This document shows positions 40,174 through 50,047 of a stretch of 64,000 nt of DNA, in pieces. The translations under genes were made by a program, and so were the position numbers. The stretch is from an uncultured Candidatus Saccharibacteria bacterium (GTDB lineage: Bacteria; Patescibacteriota; Minisyncoccia; Phycocordibacterales; Phycocordibacteraceae), in assembly GCA_964371445.1 (NCBI GenBank), contig CAYJLK010000002.1, positions 43,718 to 107,717 of the forward strand, read 5' to 3'. Under the pieces are notes generated by a model, which was not told the origin of the DNA, searched no databases, and worked only from the letters and a program-made list of their open reading frames with translations. Each line of letters opens with the position of its first letter. The stretch's first letter is position 1.

Positions 40174-40273
40174 ACGCCCGTTTTGTTACGTTTCGCGCCT
40201 GCGCGCGAAGCGGATAAAGTCTAGAAAGGGGAGGGGCGGTGGAGCGGTCAGTAGCAGCCAGTCAGCGGGGCGG

Positions 40274-40418
40274 TATGCCCGGACACCACTTTTGGCATTA
40301 TTGTGTTCGTGCCAACCGATGCTTTCGTCCTGCGATATCGCCTTTGTTTTCGCGATTCCACGGAACTGCTCTCGGCACAATAACCAAGGCACGATGCCAA
40401 ATGTGGTGTACGGGTATG
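40274..40418 (-). ncRNA. Candidate 6S RNA
   Basis: Long rod-like self-complementarity with a central bubble; upstream of rny; extended -10 just upstream. Confidence 0.6.
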
Positions 40419-40435
40419 AGGGGACTCTACCATAA

Positions 40436-40468
40436 ACAAAACGCGCCGACCAAGTCGGCGCGTTTTGT
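40436..40468 (-). terminator. Terminator after clpP
   Basis: ACAAAACGCGCCGAC-CAA-GTCGGCGCGTTTTGT. Confidence 0.75.
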
Positions 40469-40481
40469 CTCTCTGTGCTCG

Positions 40482-41084
40482 TTAATTAAACACTTTGTCG
40501 ACGAGACCGTACTTCTTGGCTTCGTCAGCAGTCATGAAGAAGTCGCGCTCCACGTCCTTCTCAATCTTCTCCAGTTTCTGCCCGGTGTTCTTGGCGAGTA
40601 TCTTGTTGAGGACCGCGCGGAGCTTCAGTATCTGCTTCGCCGTAATCTCGATATCAGTCGCCTGACCTTCGGCGCCGCCATGCGGCTGATGAATCATCAC
40701 CTCGGCATTCGGGAGGGCGTAGCGCTTGCCTTTCTGGCCCGCCGAGAGGAGGATCGCCGCGCCCGAGGCCGCCATGCCGACGCACACGGTCGAGACATTC
40801 GGCTTCACGTGATTCATCGTGTCTACCATCGCCAAGGTCGCCGTCACCGAGCCGCCCGGCGAGTTGATGTAGAGGGAAATGTCTTTCTTCGGGTCCTCCG
40901 CCTCCAAAAAGAGGAGTTGGGCGATGACGAGATTCGCTACGTCGTCGTCGATCGGTCCGCCGAGAAAGACGATACGCTCCTTGAGGAGTCGCGAGTAGAT
41001 GTCGTAGGCGCGTTCGCCGAACTGGCTCTTCTCGATGACCATCGGGACGAGCATCGAAGCGCGCGGTTGTGTGTATGTGTTCAT
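40482..41084 (-). CDS. clpP: ATP-dependent Clp protease proteolytic subunit
   Basis: [22 protein letters not shown] and IHQP. Confidence 0.97.
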   Translation of the reverse strand: MNTYTQPRASMLVPMVIEKSQFGERAYDIYSRLLKERIVFLGGPIDDDVANLVIAQLLFLEAEDPKKDISLYINSPGGSVTATLAMVDTMNHVKPNVSTVCVGMAASGAAILLSAGQKGKRYALPNAEVMIHQPHGGAEGQATDIEITAKQILKLRAVLNKILAKNTGQKLEKIEKDVERDFFMTADEAKKYGLVDKVFN

Positions 41085-41101
41085 AGTAAAATAATTAGAC
41101 G

Positions 41102-41338
41102 TTACTCCGCGGTTGCTGACTCGGTAAATATTTGATTCTGCGCGATTCGTTCGCCCCATGCGTAGAAGGCGCCGATGATGATCATAAGCACGATGATGAC
41201 AATCGAGATGACTGCCCCCCAGGACTGTGCGGCGGGAGAGGGGACGCCAAGCGGCACTCCCTGGTGCGCCGCAGGCGTTACCGGCACGCCGACCTGCGGA
41301 GTGTTCTCACCGGACGGAAGAAGTTTTTCGGGTTCCAT
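41102..41338 (-). CDS. Small single-TM protein
   Basis: [22 protein letters not shown]; packed between ppa and clpP. Confidence 0.7.
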   Translation of the reverse strand: MEPEKLLPSGENTPQVGVPVTPAAHQGVPLGVPSPAAQSWGAVISIVIIVLMIIIGAFYAWGERIAQNQIFTESATAE

Positions 41339-41339
41339 A

Positions 41340-41864
41340 TTATTTTGAGTCGTCATACATCTTCCGCGCTCGTTCAAAGGCTTCCATCGCCTTTGCGGCG
41401 CCCTCGTATCCGTCGATCTTCACTTCGACCGGTTTCCCTTTGAGACTCTTGTACGTCTCGAAGAAATGCACGAACTCCTTGAGCTGATGCTGATTGACGT
41501 CCTGCAGATCCTGTACATCATCCCAACGCCTATCCTCGACCGGCACGGCAATAATCTTCTCATCGGCGTCGCCGCCGTCGATCATATGAAGAATCCCCAC
41601 CGGCCGCGCGACGACGAGGACGCCGACGTCGAGCGGGTAGGTCGTGAGCACGATCACATCAAGCGCGTCGCCGTCGTCCCAGAGGGTCTGCGGCACGAAG
41701 CCGTAATCGAAGGGATAGGCCGCCGCCGAGTAATTGGCGCGGTCGAGCTTGATGAGACCGGTCTTCTTATCGATCTCATACTTGTTATGCGAGTCCTTGG
41801 GGATTTCAATGATGACGTTCATCGCCTCCTTCGTCCCCGGCTCAATGTCGTGCAGTAGGTTCAT
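41340..41864 (-). CDS. ppa: Family I inorganic pyrophosphatase
   Basis: KYE, YGFVPQT and DGDALD; alternative in-frame ATG at 41906 inside the inserted element. Confidence 0.96.
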   Translation of the reverse strand: MNLLHDIEPGTKEAMNVIIEIPKDSHNKYEIDKKTGLIKLDRANYSAAAYPFDYGFVPQTLWDDGDALDVIVLTTYPLDVGVLVVARPVGILHMIDGGDADEKIIAVPVEDRRWDDVQDLQDVNQHQLKEFVHFFETYKSLKGKPVEVKIDGYEGAAKAMEAFERARKMYDDSK

Positions 41865-41942
41865 CCCGTTAGAAATTATGTTAATAAACGACGCAAACGC
41901 TCGCATACTTCCTCCCGCTCATTTCGGCATTTCTAACGGGAT
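41863..41942. mobile_element. 80-bp MITE-like element in the ppa start codon
   Basis: 14-bp perfect TIR ATCCCGTTAGAAAT/ATTTCTAACGGGAT; GA direct repeat on the coding strand. Confidence 0.75.
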
Positions 41943-41998
41943 TCATATTCGTGGATTATAGCGCAGCGCCGACTTTTTCAAAGTCGGCGTTCGGTTTC

Positions 41999-43360
41999 CT
42001 ATTCGTCTTTCGCTTTGTCGCGATCTTCTCCAGCGTCAGCGACGGTCTCGTCGCTTGCAGGGAGCTGGGTCAGTTCCTCTTCAGCCGGGAGCTCGGTCGC
42101 CTGCGGCGCCTCGTCCGTAACAAGCTCCATGCTCTCGGTCGGCATGAGACCGACCGCAATGGCCGGATCCTCTTCAGGCGTGACGGCGACTGTCTCGCCG
42201 TCTGACTCCGCAACTTCGGCGCCGCCGGTTGAAACGATATCGATGTTCCAGCCGGTAAGCTTCGCCGCGAGGCGGACGTTCTGACCGCCCCTACCGATGG
42301 CGAGCGACTGTTCGTCTTCGGCGACCGTCACCGTCGCGCGGTGATCAGCCTCGTCGAGCACGACGTCAAGCGGGGTCGCGGGGGAGAGCGCCTCTTTTAT
42401 GAATGCTGCCGCATCATCATTCCACTCGATGATGTCGATGCGTTCGCCGCCGAGCTCGCTCATGACGGTCGAGACGCGCACACCGCGCTGACCGACGAGA
42501 GAACCGACCGGATCGACGTGCGGATCCTTCGAGGCGAGCGCGATCTTGGTGCGGCTCCCCGGCTCGCGCGCAAGCGCCTTCACTTCTATCGCGCCCGATG
42601 CGAGTTCCGGCGCTTCCATCTCAAACAGCTTCACCACGAACTTCGGATGCGCGCGGGAGAGGCGCAGATATACGCCGCGGAATCCCTCATCAACCGCATA
42701 GAGATAGGCGCGGATGCGCTCGCCCATACGGTACCGCTCGCCCGGAATCTGTTCCTCGTAGGGGATGATGCCGGTGGTGCGGCCGAGGTCGACAAAGATC
42801 GCCCCGCGCTCCATGCGCTGGACGATGCCGCCCACGATCTCGCCCTTTTTCTCGCCGAATTCCTCCATCATGGAGAGTTTTTCGGCCTCGCGCACCTTTT
42901 GGATGACCACCTGCTTGGCGGTCTGCGCCGCGATGCGGCCGAAGTCGTCCTGCGGCTCGAGCGGGAAGATAATTTCTTCATTCACGCTCACCCCGCGCTT
43001 CATCAGCTTCGCGTCGGCGAGCAGAATGTGCTTCTCGGGGTCAAAGCGCGGCAGCTCGCCTTCGGCGAGATGCTCATCGCCCTCATGAAATCCGTGCCCG
43101 TGCTGGTGCTCCTCGGGAATCTCTTCGCCCTCCTCGGGGAAACGCACCGTCGTGTCGTCCACGACGGTCTTTACCTGTTCAAAGGCAATCGTGCCCGTAT
43201 TGAGGTCGAGTTTTGCATGAACGACCTGTCCGCGCTTGCCGTATTCGCGCTTATACGCAGTCGCCATCGCGCTCTCAATCGCCTCGATCATGGTCGCGCG
43301 GCTGATGCCCCGATCTTCGAACTCTCCGAGCACTGCGTTGATGGTCTTTAGGTCAATCAT
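41999..43360 (-). CDS. nusA: Transcription factor NusA with acidic tail
   Basis: FGRIAAQTAKQV, REPGSRTK and AIGRGGQNVRLA; start at ATG 43360. Confidence 0.96.
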   Translation of the reverse strand: MIDLKTINAVLGEFEDRGISRATMIEAIESAMATAYKREYGKRGQVVHAKLDLNTGTIAFEQVKTVVDDTTVRFPEEGEEIPEEHQHGHGFHEGDEHLAEGELPRFDPEKHILLADAKLMKRGVSVNEEIIFPLEPQDDFGRIAAQTAKQVVIQKVREAEKLSMMEEFGEKKGEIVGGIVQRMERGAIFVDLGRTTGIIPYEEQIPGERYRMGERIRAYLYAVDEGFRGVYLRLSRAHPKFVVKLFEMEAPELASGAIEVKALAREPGSRTKIALASKDPHVDPVGSLVGQRGVRVSTVMSELGGERIDIIEWNDDAAAFIKEALSPATPLDVVLDEADHRATVTVAEDEQSLAIGRGGQNVRLAAKLTGWNIDIVSTGGAEVAESDGETVAVTPEEDPAIAVGLMPTESMELVTDEAPQATELPAEEELTQLPASDETVADAGEDRDKAKDE

Positions 43361-43511
43361 GGTATGGGTTGTGTATGTTGCACTTTTTAAAAAGAAAGCC
43401 CGCAAAGCGGACATTCAGATAGTTGCAAGTATACCAGATACGCTTCGCACGTCAATAATGTGTGCAATGAGCGTTTTGCCCATAGCAGAGCGCGCTATAC
43501 TTATCCGTAAT

Positions 43512-45260
43512 ATGCACGTTTCGGAAGGCGAACTGAAAGAATTCATCACTGATTCTGGCCTTGTCGCCAAGAAAGAGATCGATGCCGCCGACAAAGAAGC
43601 AAAAGCGCGCGGACAATCGCTCGGTGCGGTCCTCGTCTCGCGCGGTTCTCTGACCGAAGACGCGCTCCGGCGCATCCAGGCATACGTGCTCGGCATTCCG
43701 TTCGTCAATCTTAAGGAACATCGCGTTCCCGTCGACGTGCTCGCGCTCATCCCAGAACCGATTGCGCGCACGCACAACATCATCGCGTTTAAGAAGGACG
43801 GCGACTCCCTTGAAGTGGCGATGCTCGACGTCGAAGACCTCGCATCGATCGACTCGGTGCGGAAGAAGACGGGGCTCAAGATCCTTTCGCGGCTGACCGA
43901 CACGGAGAGCATCAAGTATACGCTTCTGCAATACCAGAAGTCGCTGAAGGACGAGTTCGGCGATATCATCTCGACCGAAGCGGGGAAGATCCGCGTCGTA
44001 ACGGAGGGCGGGAAGGAGCTCTCGGGCGACGAACTGAAAAAGATGGCCGAGGATCTGCCGATCGTGCGCATCGTCGACACCCTGCTCCGCCACGCGATCG
44101 TCCAGGGCGCCTCCGACATCCATATCGAACCGATGGAGAGCGAAGTGCTCGTCCGCTATCGCATCGACGGCATTCTCCACGATGCGATGACACTCCCGCG
44201 GCCTGCGGCCGCGGGCATCGTCGCACGCATCAAGGTCTTGTCCAACTTAAAGCTCGATGAGAAGCGCCTCCCCCAGGACGGCCGGTTCAAGATGGAGACT
44301 GAAGCCGATCGAGTATCCTTCCGCGTCTCGATACTCCCGACCTTCTTCGGCGAAAAGACCGTTATGCGCCTTCTGCGCGAGACCGGAGAAGGCTTCACGC
44401 TTGATGTGCTCGGGCTCCACGGCGAGAATATGGAGCGCATCCACCACGCGCTCACGCAAACGACCGGTATCATCCTTGTCTCGGGGCCGACCGGAAGCGG
44501 AAAGACGACGACGCTCTATACGATGCTCGACATTTTGAATCAGCCGGACGTCAATATCTCCACTGTCGAGGATCCAATCGAATACCAGATGAAGCGCGTG
44601 AACCAGACGCAGGTGAATCCGCAGATAGGATTTACCTTCGCGAGCGGACTCCGGTCCCTCGTGCGCCAGGACCCGGACATCATCATGGTCGGCGAGATCC
44701 GCGACAGCGAGACGGCGTCGCTCGCAATCAATGCCGCACTGACCGGTCACCTGGTCCTCTCGACCATCCACACCAACAGCGCCGCGGGCGCCATTCCGCG
44801 GCTTATCGATATGGGCGTCGAACCGTTTCTGTTGGTCTCTACGCTCCGCGTCATCATCGGTCAGCGCCTCGTGCGCAAGCTCTGCGAGGGCAAGGAGCAA
44901 TACTCAATGGACAAGGCGACACGCGGGAAGATCGCGAGCGAAGAAGAGTTCAATGTTGCATTCAAAACGCTTAAGGACGAGAAGCTGGTGAAAGAAGGTT
45001 CCACGCTCGACGACATCGCGTTCTATCGGCCGAAGGAGTCCGCCGAATGCGCCGACGGATACAAGAGCCGCATCGGCATTCATGAAGTGCTCTCAGTCTC
45101 GCCGACCATCCGCGAGATTATGCTGCACTCGAGCACGAGCGGCGCTATCGAGGAGCAGGCGAAGAAAGAAGGCATGCTCACGATGTTTGAAGATGGACTC
45201 TACAAGGCCGCGCGCGGCGTTACCTCAGTCGAAGAAGTGCTCCGCGCCATCACCGAATAA
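43512..45260 (+). CDS. pilB: Type IV pilus assembly ATPase (GspE/PilB)
   Basis: ASDIHIEP, PQDGR, GPTGSGKTT, RQDPD and TGHLV; start at ATG 43512. Confidence 0.93.
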   Translation: MHVSEGELKEFITDSGLVAKKEIDAADKEAKARGQSLGAVLVSRGSLTEDALRRIQAYVLGIPFVNLKEHRVPVDVLALIPEPIARTHNIIAFKKDGDSLEVAMLDVEDLASIDSVRKKTGLKILSRLTDTESIKYTLLQYQKSLKDEFGDIISTEAGKIRVVTEGGKELSGDELKKMAEDLPIVRIVDTLLRHAIVQGASDIHIEPMESEVLVRYRIDGILHDAMTLPRPAAAGIVARIKVLSNLKLDEKRLPQDGRFKMETEADRVSFRVSILPTFFGEKTVMRLLRETGEGFTLDVLGLHGENMERIHHALTQTTGIILVSGPTGSGKTTTLYTMLDILNQPDVNISTVEDPIEYQMKRVNQTQVNPQIGFTFASGLRSLVRQDPDIIMVGEIRDSETASLAINAALTGHLVLSTIHTNSAAGAIPRLIDMGVEPFLLVSTLRVIIGQRLVRKLCEGKEQYSMDKATRGKIASEEEFNVAFKTLKDEKLVKEGSTLDDIAFYRPKESAECADGYKSRIGIHEVLSVSPTIREIMLHSSTSGAIEEQAKKEGMLTMFEDGLYKAARGVTSVEEVLRAITE

Positions 45261-45264
45261 CTAT

Positions 45265-45336
45265 GCCCCGTATGACAACCTCAATCTTCAAGCGTTTTTC
45301 TAAAGAGGCAACTTATGTAAAGTTGTCATACGGGGT
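45265..45336. mobile_element. 72-bp MITE-like element in the pilC start codon
   Basis: 14-bp perfect TIR core CCCCGTATGACAAC/GTTGTCATACGGGG; AT direct repeat. Confidence 0.7.
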
Positions 45337-46551
45337 ATGAAATTTCGCGTCACTATACGCAAAGAGGGAGTGCCGGATGTCGAGAGCCTCATCGAGGCGC
45401 CGTCACGCTTCGCAGTATACGAACAAGTGCAGAATGATGGCGGGTTCGTCGTCAAACTTTCCGAAGTGGGCCGGGCATCCGCCCTATCAAAGTGGCTTTC
45501 CTACAGCATCGGCACCGGCATAAAGCGCTCCGAGATTATCCGCATGGTGCGGAACCTTTCCGCGATGCTCACCGCCGGGCTCTCGCTGTCGCGCGCGCTC
45601 TCGGTCATCGAACGGCAATCGGGCAACGCGCACCTGAAGGCGATCATCATCGAGCTCTCCGATTCGATAAAGAAAGGATCCTCATTCCATGAGGGATTGA
45701 GCGCTCATCCGAACGTGTTCCCTAAGATACTCGTCGCGATGGTGCGCGCCGGTGAAGAGTCGGGCTCTCTGTCCGATGCGCTTCTCATCGTCGGACTGCA
45801 GATGGAGCGTTCTGAAGAGCTCATACGCAAGATTAAGGGCGCGATGATCTATCCCTCGATTGTTATTTCGACGGTCATTATCGTCGGCATCCTGATGCTC
45901 ATCTATGTTGTCCCGACGCTCACCCACACCTTTAATCAGCTCGGCGTTGAAGTGCCGCTCGCAACCCGCATCATCGTCGGCCTTTCGAACTTCATGGTGG
46001 CTCATATCATCCTTGTCCTCGCGCTACTTATCGCAGGCGTCGTCGGCGGCATCGCCGCGGCGCGTTCGAGGTGGGGGAGCAATCTCATCCTTGCCGGAGC
46101 GCTGTATCTGCCGGTCATCGGGGAGCTCGTGCGAGAAACATACACCGCACGCGCGGCGCGGACGCTTTCGTCGCTCCTCTCTTCGGGCGTACCGGTCCTC
46201 GACGCCCTTTCTATTACGAAGGAGGTTGTGCGCGCAGATGCATTCGCGAACGTGGTTGGAGAAGCGGAAGAGCACGTGAAGAAAGGGGAGCTTCTCTCCG
46301 CGTCATTCGCCGAACACACGCGGCTCTATCCGATCCTGATGAGCGACATGCTCGCCGTCGGAGAAGAGACGGGCAAGGTCGCCGAGATGCTGAAACAGAT
46401 TGCAGAATTTTATGAAGCAGATGTCGCCGCGCAGACGAAGGACCTCTCGACCATCATCGAGCCGGTGCTCATGCTCGTCATCGGCGCCTTCGTCGGCATC
46501 TTCGCCGTCTCAATCATCGCGCCGATCTACTCGCTCTCCTCAGCGTTTTAA
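45337..46551 (+). CDS. pilC: Type IV pilus platform protein (GspF/PilC)
   Basis: GEESGSL, AMIYP, GEETGKV and IIEPVL. Confidence 0.93.
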   Translation: MKFRVTIRKEGVPDVESLIEAPSRFAVYEQVQNDGGFVVKLSEVGRASALSKWLSYSIGTGIKRSEIIRMVRNLSAMLTAGLSLSRALSVIERQSGNAHLKAIIIELSDSIKKGSSFHEGLSAHPNVFPKILVAMVRAGEESGSLSDALLIVGLQMERSEELIRKIKGAMIYPSIVISTVIIVGILMLIYVVPTLTHTFNQLGVEVPLATRIIVGLSNFMVAHIILVLALLIAGVVGGIAAARSRWGSNLILAGALYLPVIGELVRETYTARAARTLSSLLSSGVPVLDALSITKEVVRADAFANVVGEAEEHVKKGELLSASFAEHTRLYPILMSDMLAVGEETGKVAEMLKQIAEFYEADVAAQTKDLSTIIEPVLMLVIGAFVGIFAVSIIAPIYSLSSAF

Positions 46552-48318
46552 CTAGCGCGTAATCGCGTAGGTGCCGGGAACCACTGCCCACGAACCGCCC
46601 GGTCCGTTGGAGAAGCTGGCGTTCTGCAATCCGTTCAGGTAATAAATGCTTGCATTATTTTCCAGTTTTAGGAATTTCGCGGTTATTTGGCTTGCCCGGG
46701 CGCCATTATTGACGTCTACCGTGCCGTACGGCGCATACAAAATGACGCCGGCCGCATTATTTGAAAGTTCGATGGCGTTCGGTCCGGTATTCGTACTGAT
46801 GATCATCGGGAAACTATTTGTGCTCCCGTTTCCGTTGATGATGACATTGTTTGAGAGGTCCACAATTCCTCTTGTTGCTGTATCGCCCGTCGCATCCGCA
46901 ATGATAATCGCCCCGGAGCTGCCAGTGCTCGGCGAAACGCCGAGCGTCATATTGTTTGAGAACAGGACGTTCCCGTTCACCCAGACCGGTCCGGAGAGCG
47001 TGAGCGCCGCGCCGTTCGTGACCGTCAGGTTACCGTCAATTTTCTTCGGGCCGAGCGTCACGGCACCCGCCAGCTGATAGGGACCGGCTATCGTGCCTCC
47101 CGCGGCGGCGATCTCTTCCCACTGTGCGATCTGCGCATCGCTGATAGGGAGCGGTACCGGCGCCGCGGGAAGTACGCCGGCGTGGCTTGTCCCCGCGACA
47201 CTACAGCTCGACGTCGTCTGGTAGGACGCATCGCCGCCGATTGTACAGCCTACAAGCGAGGTGGCCCACGCGCTCCCCTCGACCGTTACTCCGGAGATCG
47301 AAGTGGCCAAGCCAGTGACATACACCCTGAAGTTCAGATCGCCGGTAATGCCGCTCCACGTCGGATTCTGCGCATTCCAGTTACTGCTGTGTTTCGCGGA
47401 GCCTCTTGCGTAGCCGCTGCCGCTGTCCAATCCCCAGGTGACGTAGTTGCTCGCGCTGACCGGCACAATCGCGATAATCCAATACGTCTCTTCTGCGGTA
47501 AGAAACGGCGTGTCCTCGAGCGTGACGTCGACAAATCCGTATGTGGTTGTGACGAGCGACGAGGGGATTGTGCCGCTCGCGAGCACCGTCGTCGACGGCT
47601 TTCCGTTGTCGTCGGCAACGACCTTTATGGTGATATCGCCTGGATTTCCCGTCTTTTTCATATGCAGTGTCATTCTCGCGAGAGAAGCACTGACCGACGG
47701 CTTCATTGATTGCGAGACCGCCGCGTGCGCGGAGATATCTCCCACCGAAAAGCCACTGTCCCGCACGATCCACTCCTGATCGGCGACCGCATCGACACCC
47801 ACCGCAACGGTCGCATCGCCGGTAATCGTGCCGCTCCCTGAGATATCGCCGTTCGCGAACACATTTCCTTCAATGCGCGACCCGTTATCCATCGAAACTC
47901 CACCGATGCCGAGTTGCACCCCGTAGCGGAACGACACGAACGATGAATTTATGCTGACCATCGTCTGAATGACTTTTGTCGCGGTCGGATTCGCGCTGTT
48001 CGGCACCGTGCCGGTAACCGTGAGGCGCTTGGTGTTGCCGTCGATGCTTGAGACCGATACGCTGACCGTCCCGTTGCCGAGCGCCGTGTCGCTCTCTCCA
48101 GAATAATTTCCGTTTTGATTCAATTCGTAGACCGCCTTGTCGACCCCCGCTTCTGCGAGCGCGAGCGCTTGTGCGGATGCGAGCGCAAAACGTTCCGCAT
48201 GCACTGCGCTTCCGAAATAGCCGAAGAAACTGGTCATGACACTCATGACGATGGCGCTCGCAACGAGAGCGAGCAGGAGGATGGAACCGCGATTGTGGTG
48301 AAGGAAGCGCGTGGTCAT
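46552..48318 (-). CDS. PilX-like minor pilin with large beta-rich extracellular region
   Basis: RG-SILLLAL prepilin-like N-terminus lacking Glu5; ALALAEAGVD motif. Confidence 0.75.
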   Translation of the reverse strand: MTTRFLHHNRGSILLLALVASAIVMSVMTSFFGYFGSAVHAERFALASAQALALAEAGVDKAVYELNQNGNYSGESDTALGNGTVSVSVSSIDGNTKRLTVTGTVPNSANPTATKVIQTMVSINSSFVSFRYGVQLGIGGVSMDNGSRIEGNVFANGDISGSGTITGDATVAVGVDAVADQEWIVRDSGFSVGDISAHAAVSQSMKPSVSASLARMTLHMKKTGNPGDITIKVVADDNGKPSTTVLASGTIPSSLVTTTYGFVDVTLEDTPFLTAEETYWIIAIVPVSASNYVTWGLDSGSGYARGSAKHSSNWNAQNPTWSGITGDLNFRVYVTGLATSISGVTVEGSAWATSLVGCTIGGDASYQTTSSCSVAGTSHAGVLPAAPVPLPISDAQIAQWEEIAAAGGTIAGPYQLAGAVTLGPKKIDGNLTVTNGAALTLSGPVWVNGNVLFSNNMTLGVSPSTGSSGAIIIADATGDTATRGIVDLSNNVIINGNGSTNSFPMIISTNTGPNAIELSNNAAGVILYAPYGTVDVNNGARASQITAKFLKLENNASIYYLNGLQNASFSNGPGGSWAVVPGTYAITR

Positions 48319-48863
48319 AGGTTTCGCAGATACAGATGCTCGCGGAGATGCGTCTGCACCGTATCTCCACGAATCAAAGCACTCGTGGTGGCATCGACGG
48401 TGACGCTCGCGACTGCAGGGAAGCTCGCACTATCGTAGGTGAAGCTGAGCGCATCGAGCGCGGATGTCAGCTGTTTCTCCCCCGAGACGCGCGCACTGCC
48501 GGCCGCCGCGTCAGTGAGCCGATAGGCATTCGTACCCGACGCAAAGATACCGATATAGTCATAGGTGTTCGCGATAGTGGCGCCCGATGCATCGATGGCG
48601 GGGAGCTCGAAGACTGCGGTCGTCGTCCCCGACGTATACGCAACGCCGGAAAAGACGTGCGACGCGACGACGTGGTCCGCCTGCAACCCCGCAGTGCGCA
48701 CCGCATCCATAATACTGCTCCCACCGAGCGTGATGCCAATCGATGATTTCTGCAATGAAATAAAATGCCCGTACACGACGGAGAGCTGTGTCACCGCCAG
48801 TATGAGAACGACGAAGAGTGCGACGGTGATGAGTGTCTCGATGAGGGTAAAGCCGCGAGTCAT
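48315..48863 (-). CDS. Minor pilin (PilW-like)
   Basis: RG-FTLIE type III signal peptide. Confidence 0.85.
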   Translation of the reverse strand: MTRGFTLIETLITVALFVVLILAVTQLSVVYGHFISLQKSSIGITLGGSSIMDAVRTAGLQADHVVASHVFSGVAYTSGTTTAVFELPAIDASGATIANTYDYIGIFASGTNAYRLTDAAAGSARVSGEKQLTSALDALSFTYDSASFPAVASVTVDATTSALIRGDTVQTHLREHLYLRNL

Positions 48864-48866
48864 AGA

Positions 48867-49250
48867 TTAGAGGCCTCCCGACTGGGTGAGGAGTGTGGTG
48901 AACGAAACGGCGCGTGTCGACCCGTTCACGCCCTGCCACGAGACGCCGGTCATTACCTGTTTTGTCTTCGTATTCCAGACGGTGACGCTGGTGCTTGCCT
49001 GCCCCTGCGGCAGGGAAGCAAGCCCAGGGTCGAAGAACGGACCGTCTGCGGGAAGGGCGTCGTATCCTCCGGCGCGGAGCTCGTCGAGCTTGCTGTCCGC
49101 TATGCGGAACGCGATATTTTCATACGCGGCGTCGCGCACGCCGCCGACCGCGCCGACGACAAACATCGTAAAAGCGACGGTGAGGCTCATGATAAAGAGT
49201 GCGACGAGCATCTCGATCAGGGTGAATCCTGTTTTTTTGCGTACAGCCAC
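48867..49250 (-). CDS. Minor pilin (PilV-like)
   Basis: KKTG-FTLIEMLVAL; start at GTG 49250 after TATACT. Confidence 0.85.
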   Translation of the reverse strand: MAVRKKTGFTLIEMLVALFIMSLTVAFTMFVVGAVGGVRDAAYENIAFRIADSKLDELRAGGYDALPADGPFFDPGLASLPQGQASTSVTVWNTKTKQVMTGVSWQGVNGSTRAVSFTTLLTQSGGL

Positions 49251-49301
49251 TACAAAAGTATAGCAAGCTCGTCGACAAGTGAATTTGTTATACTTCCTCG
49301 T

Positions 49302-50045
49302 ATGCTTATCGTTGCAAACTGGAAAGCGTATGTCGAAGACGTTAAAAAAGCGAAGAAGCTCTTTTCGACGAGCAAGAGGCTCGCGCGCGTGACCGGCGCT
49401 ACTATCGTGCTCGCACCTCCCGCACCCTTGCTCGGCGCTCTTGCCGTCAACAATAAATCGGCGGTCGCCTTTTCCGCACAAGACATTTCTGCCACTACCG
49501 GAGGCGCCCTGACCGGAGAAGCGACCGCGGGAGCCTACGCCGCGGCAGGCGCGACCTATGTAATCGTCGGGCATTCCGAGCGCCGCGCGATGGGCGATAC
49601 CGACAGCGTCATCGTCGAGAAGCTCGCGCGCACCTTCGCGAACGGGCTTCGACCTATCCTCTGCATCGGCGAGCGCGAACGCGACAGCGAAGGCCGCTAC
49701 CTCTCCTTTCTCCGCGAAGAACTGACCGTCGCGCTTCGAGCGCTCACGCCCAAAGAGCGCGCACAAACCATCATTGCCTACGAGCCTCTGTGGGCTATAG
49801 GCAAAACGGCGGCATTCGCCATCCCGCCAAACGATCTAGCTGAAATGGTGCTCTATATCCGCAAAGTGCTTGCGGAATTCCTTCCGGGAAGAGGTTCTGC
49901 CGGTATTCCCATACTCTACGGAGGCTCAGTCGAGCCGGAGAATATCCGTGCACTTGCAGCCCTCTCGAGCGTCGATGGCTTCCTCGTCGGACATGCCTCG
50001 GTCGATCCCGCGCTCTTCGCGGCGCTCGTCCAACAGCTCGCGTAA
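49302..50045 (+). CDS. tpiA: Triosephosphate isomerase
   Basis: ANWK, GHSERR, AYEPLWAIG and LYGGSV. Confidence 0.96.
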   Translation: MLIVANWKAYVEDVKKAKKLFSTSKRLARVTGATIVLAPPAPLLGALAVNNKSAVAFSAQDISATTGGALTGEATAGAYAAAGATYVIVGHSERRAMGDTDSVIVEKLARTFANGLRPILCIGERERDSEGRYLSFLREELTVALRALTPKERAQTIIAYEPLWAIGKTAAFAIPPNDLAEMVLYIRKVLAEFLPGRGSAGIPILYGGSVEPENIRALAALSSVDGFLVGHASVDPALFAALVQQLA

Positions 50046-50047
50046 CA

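Noticed and set aside
43236-43511. Long N-terminal extensions in the ORF track (pilB, and likewise tpiA, rpsL, rpsH, rplX, virB4, xer)
   Set aside because: They overlap neighbouring genes; homology and -10 positions point to downstream starts
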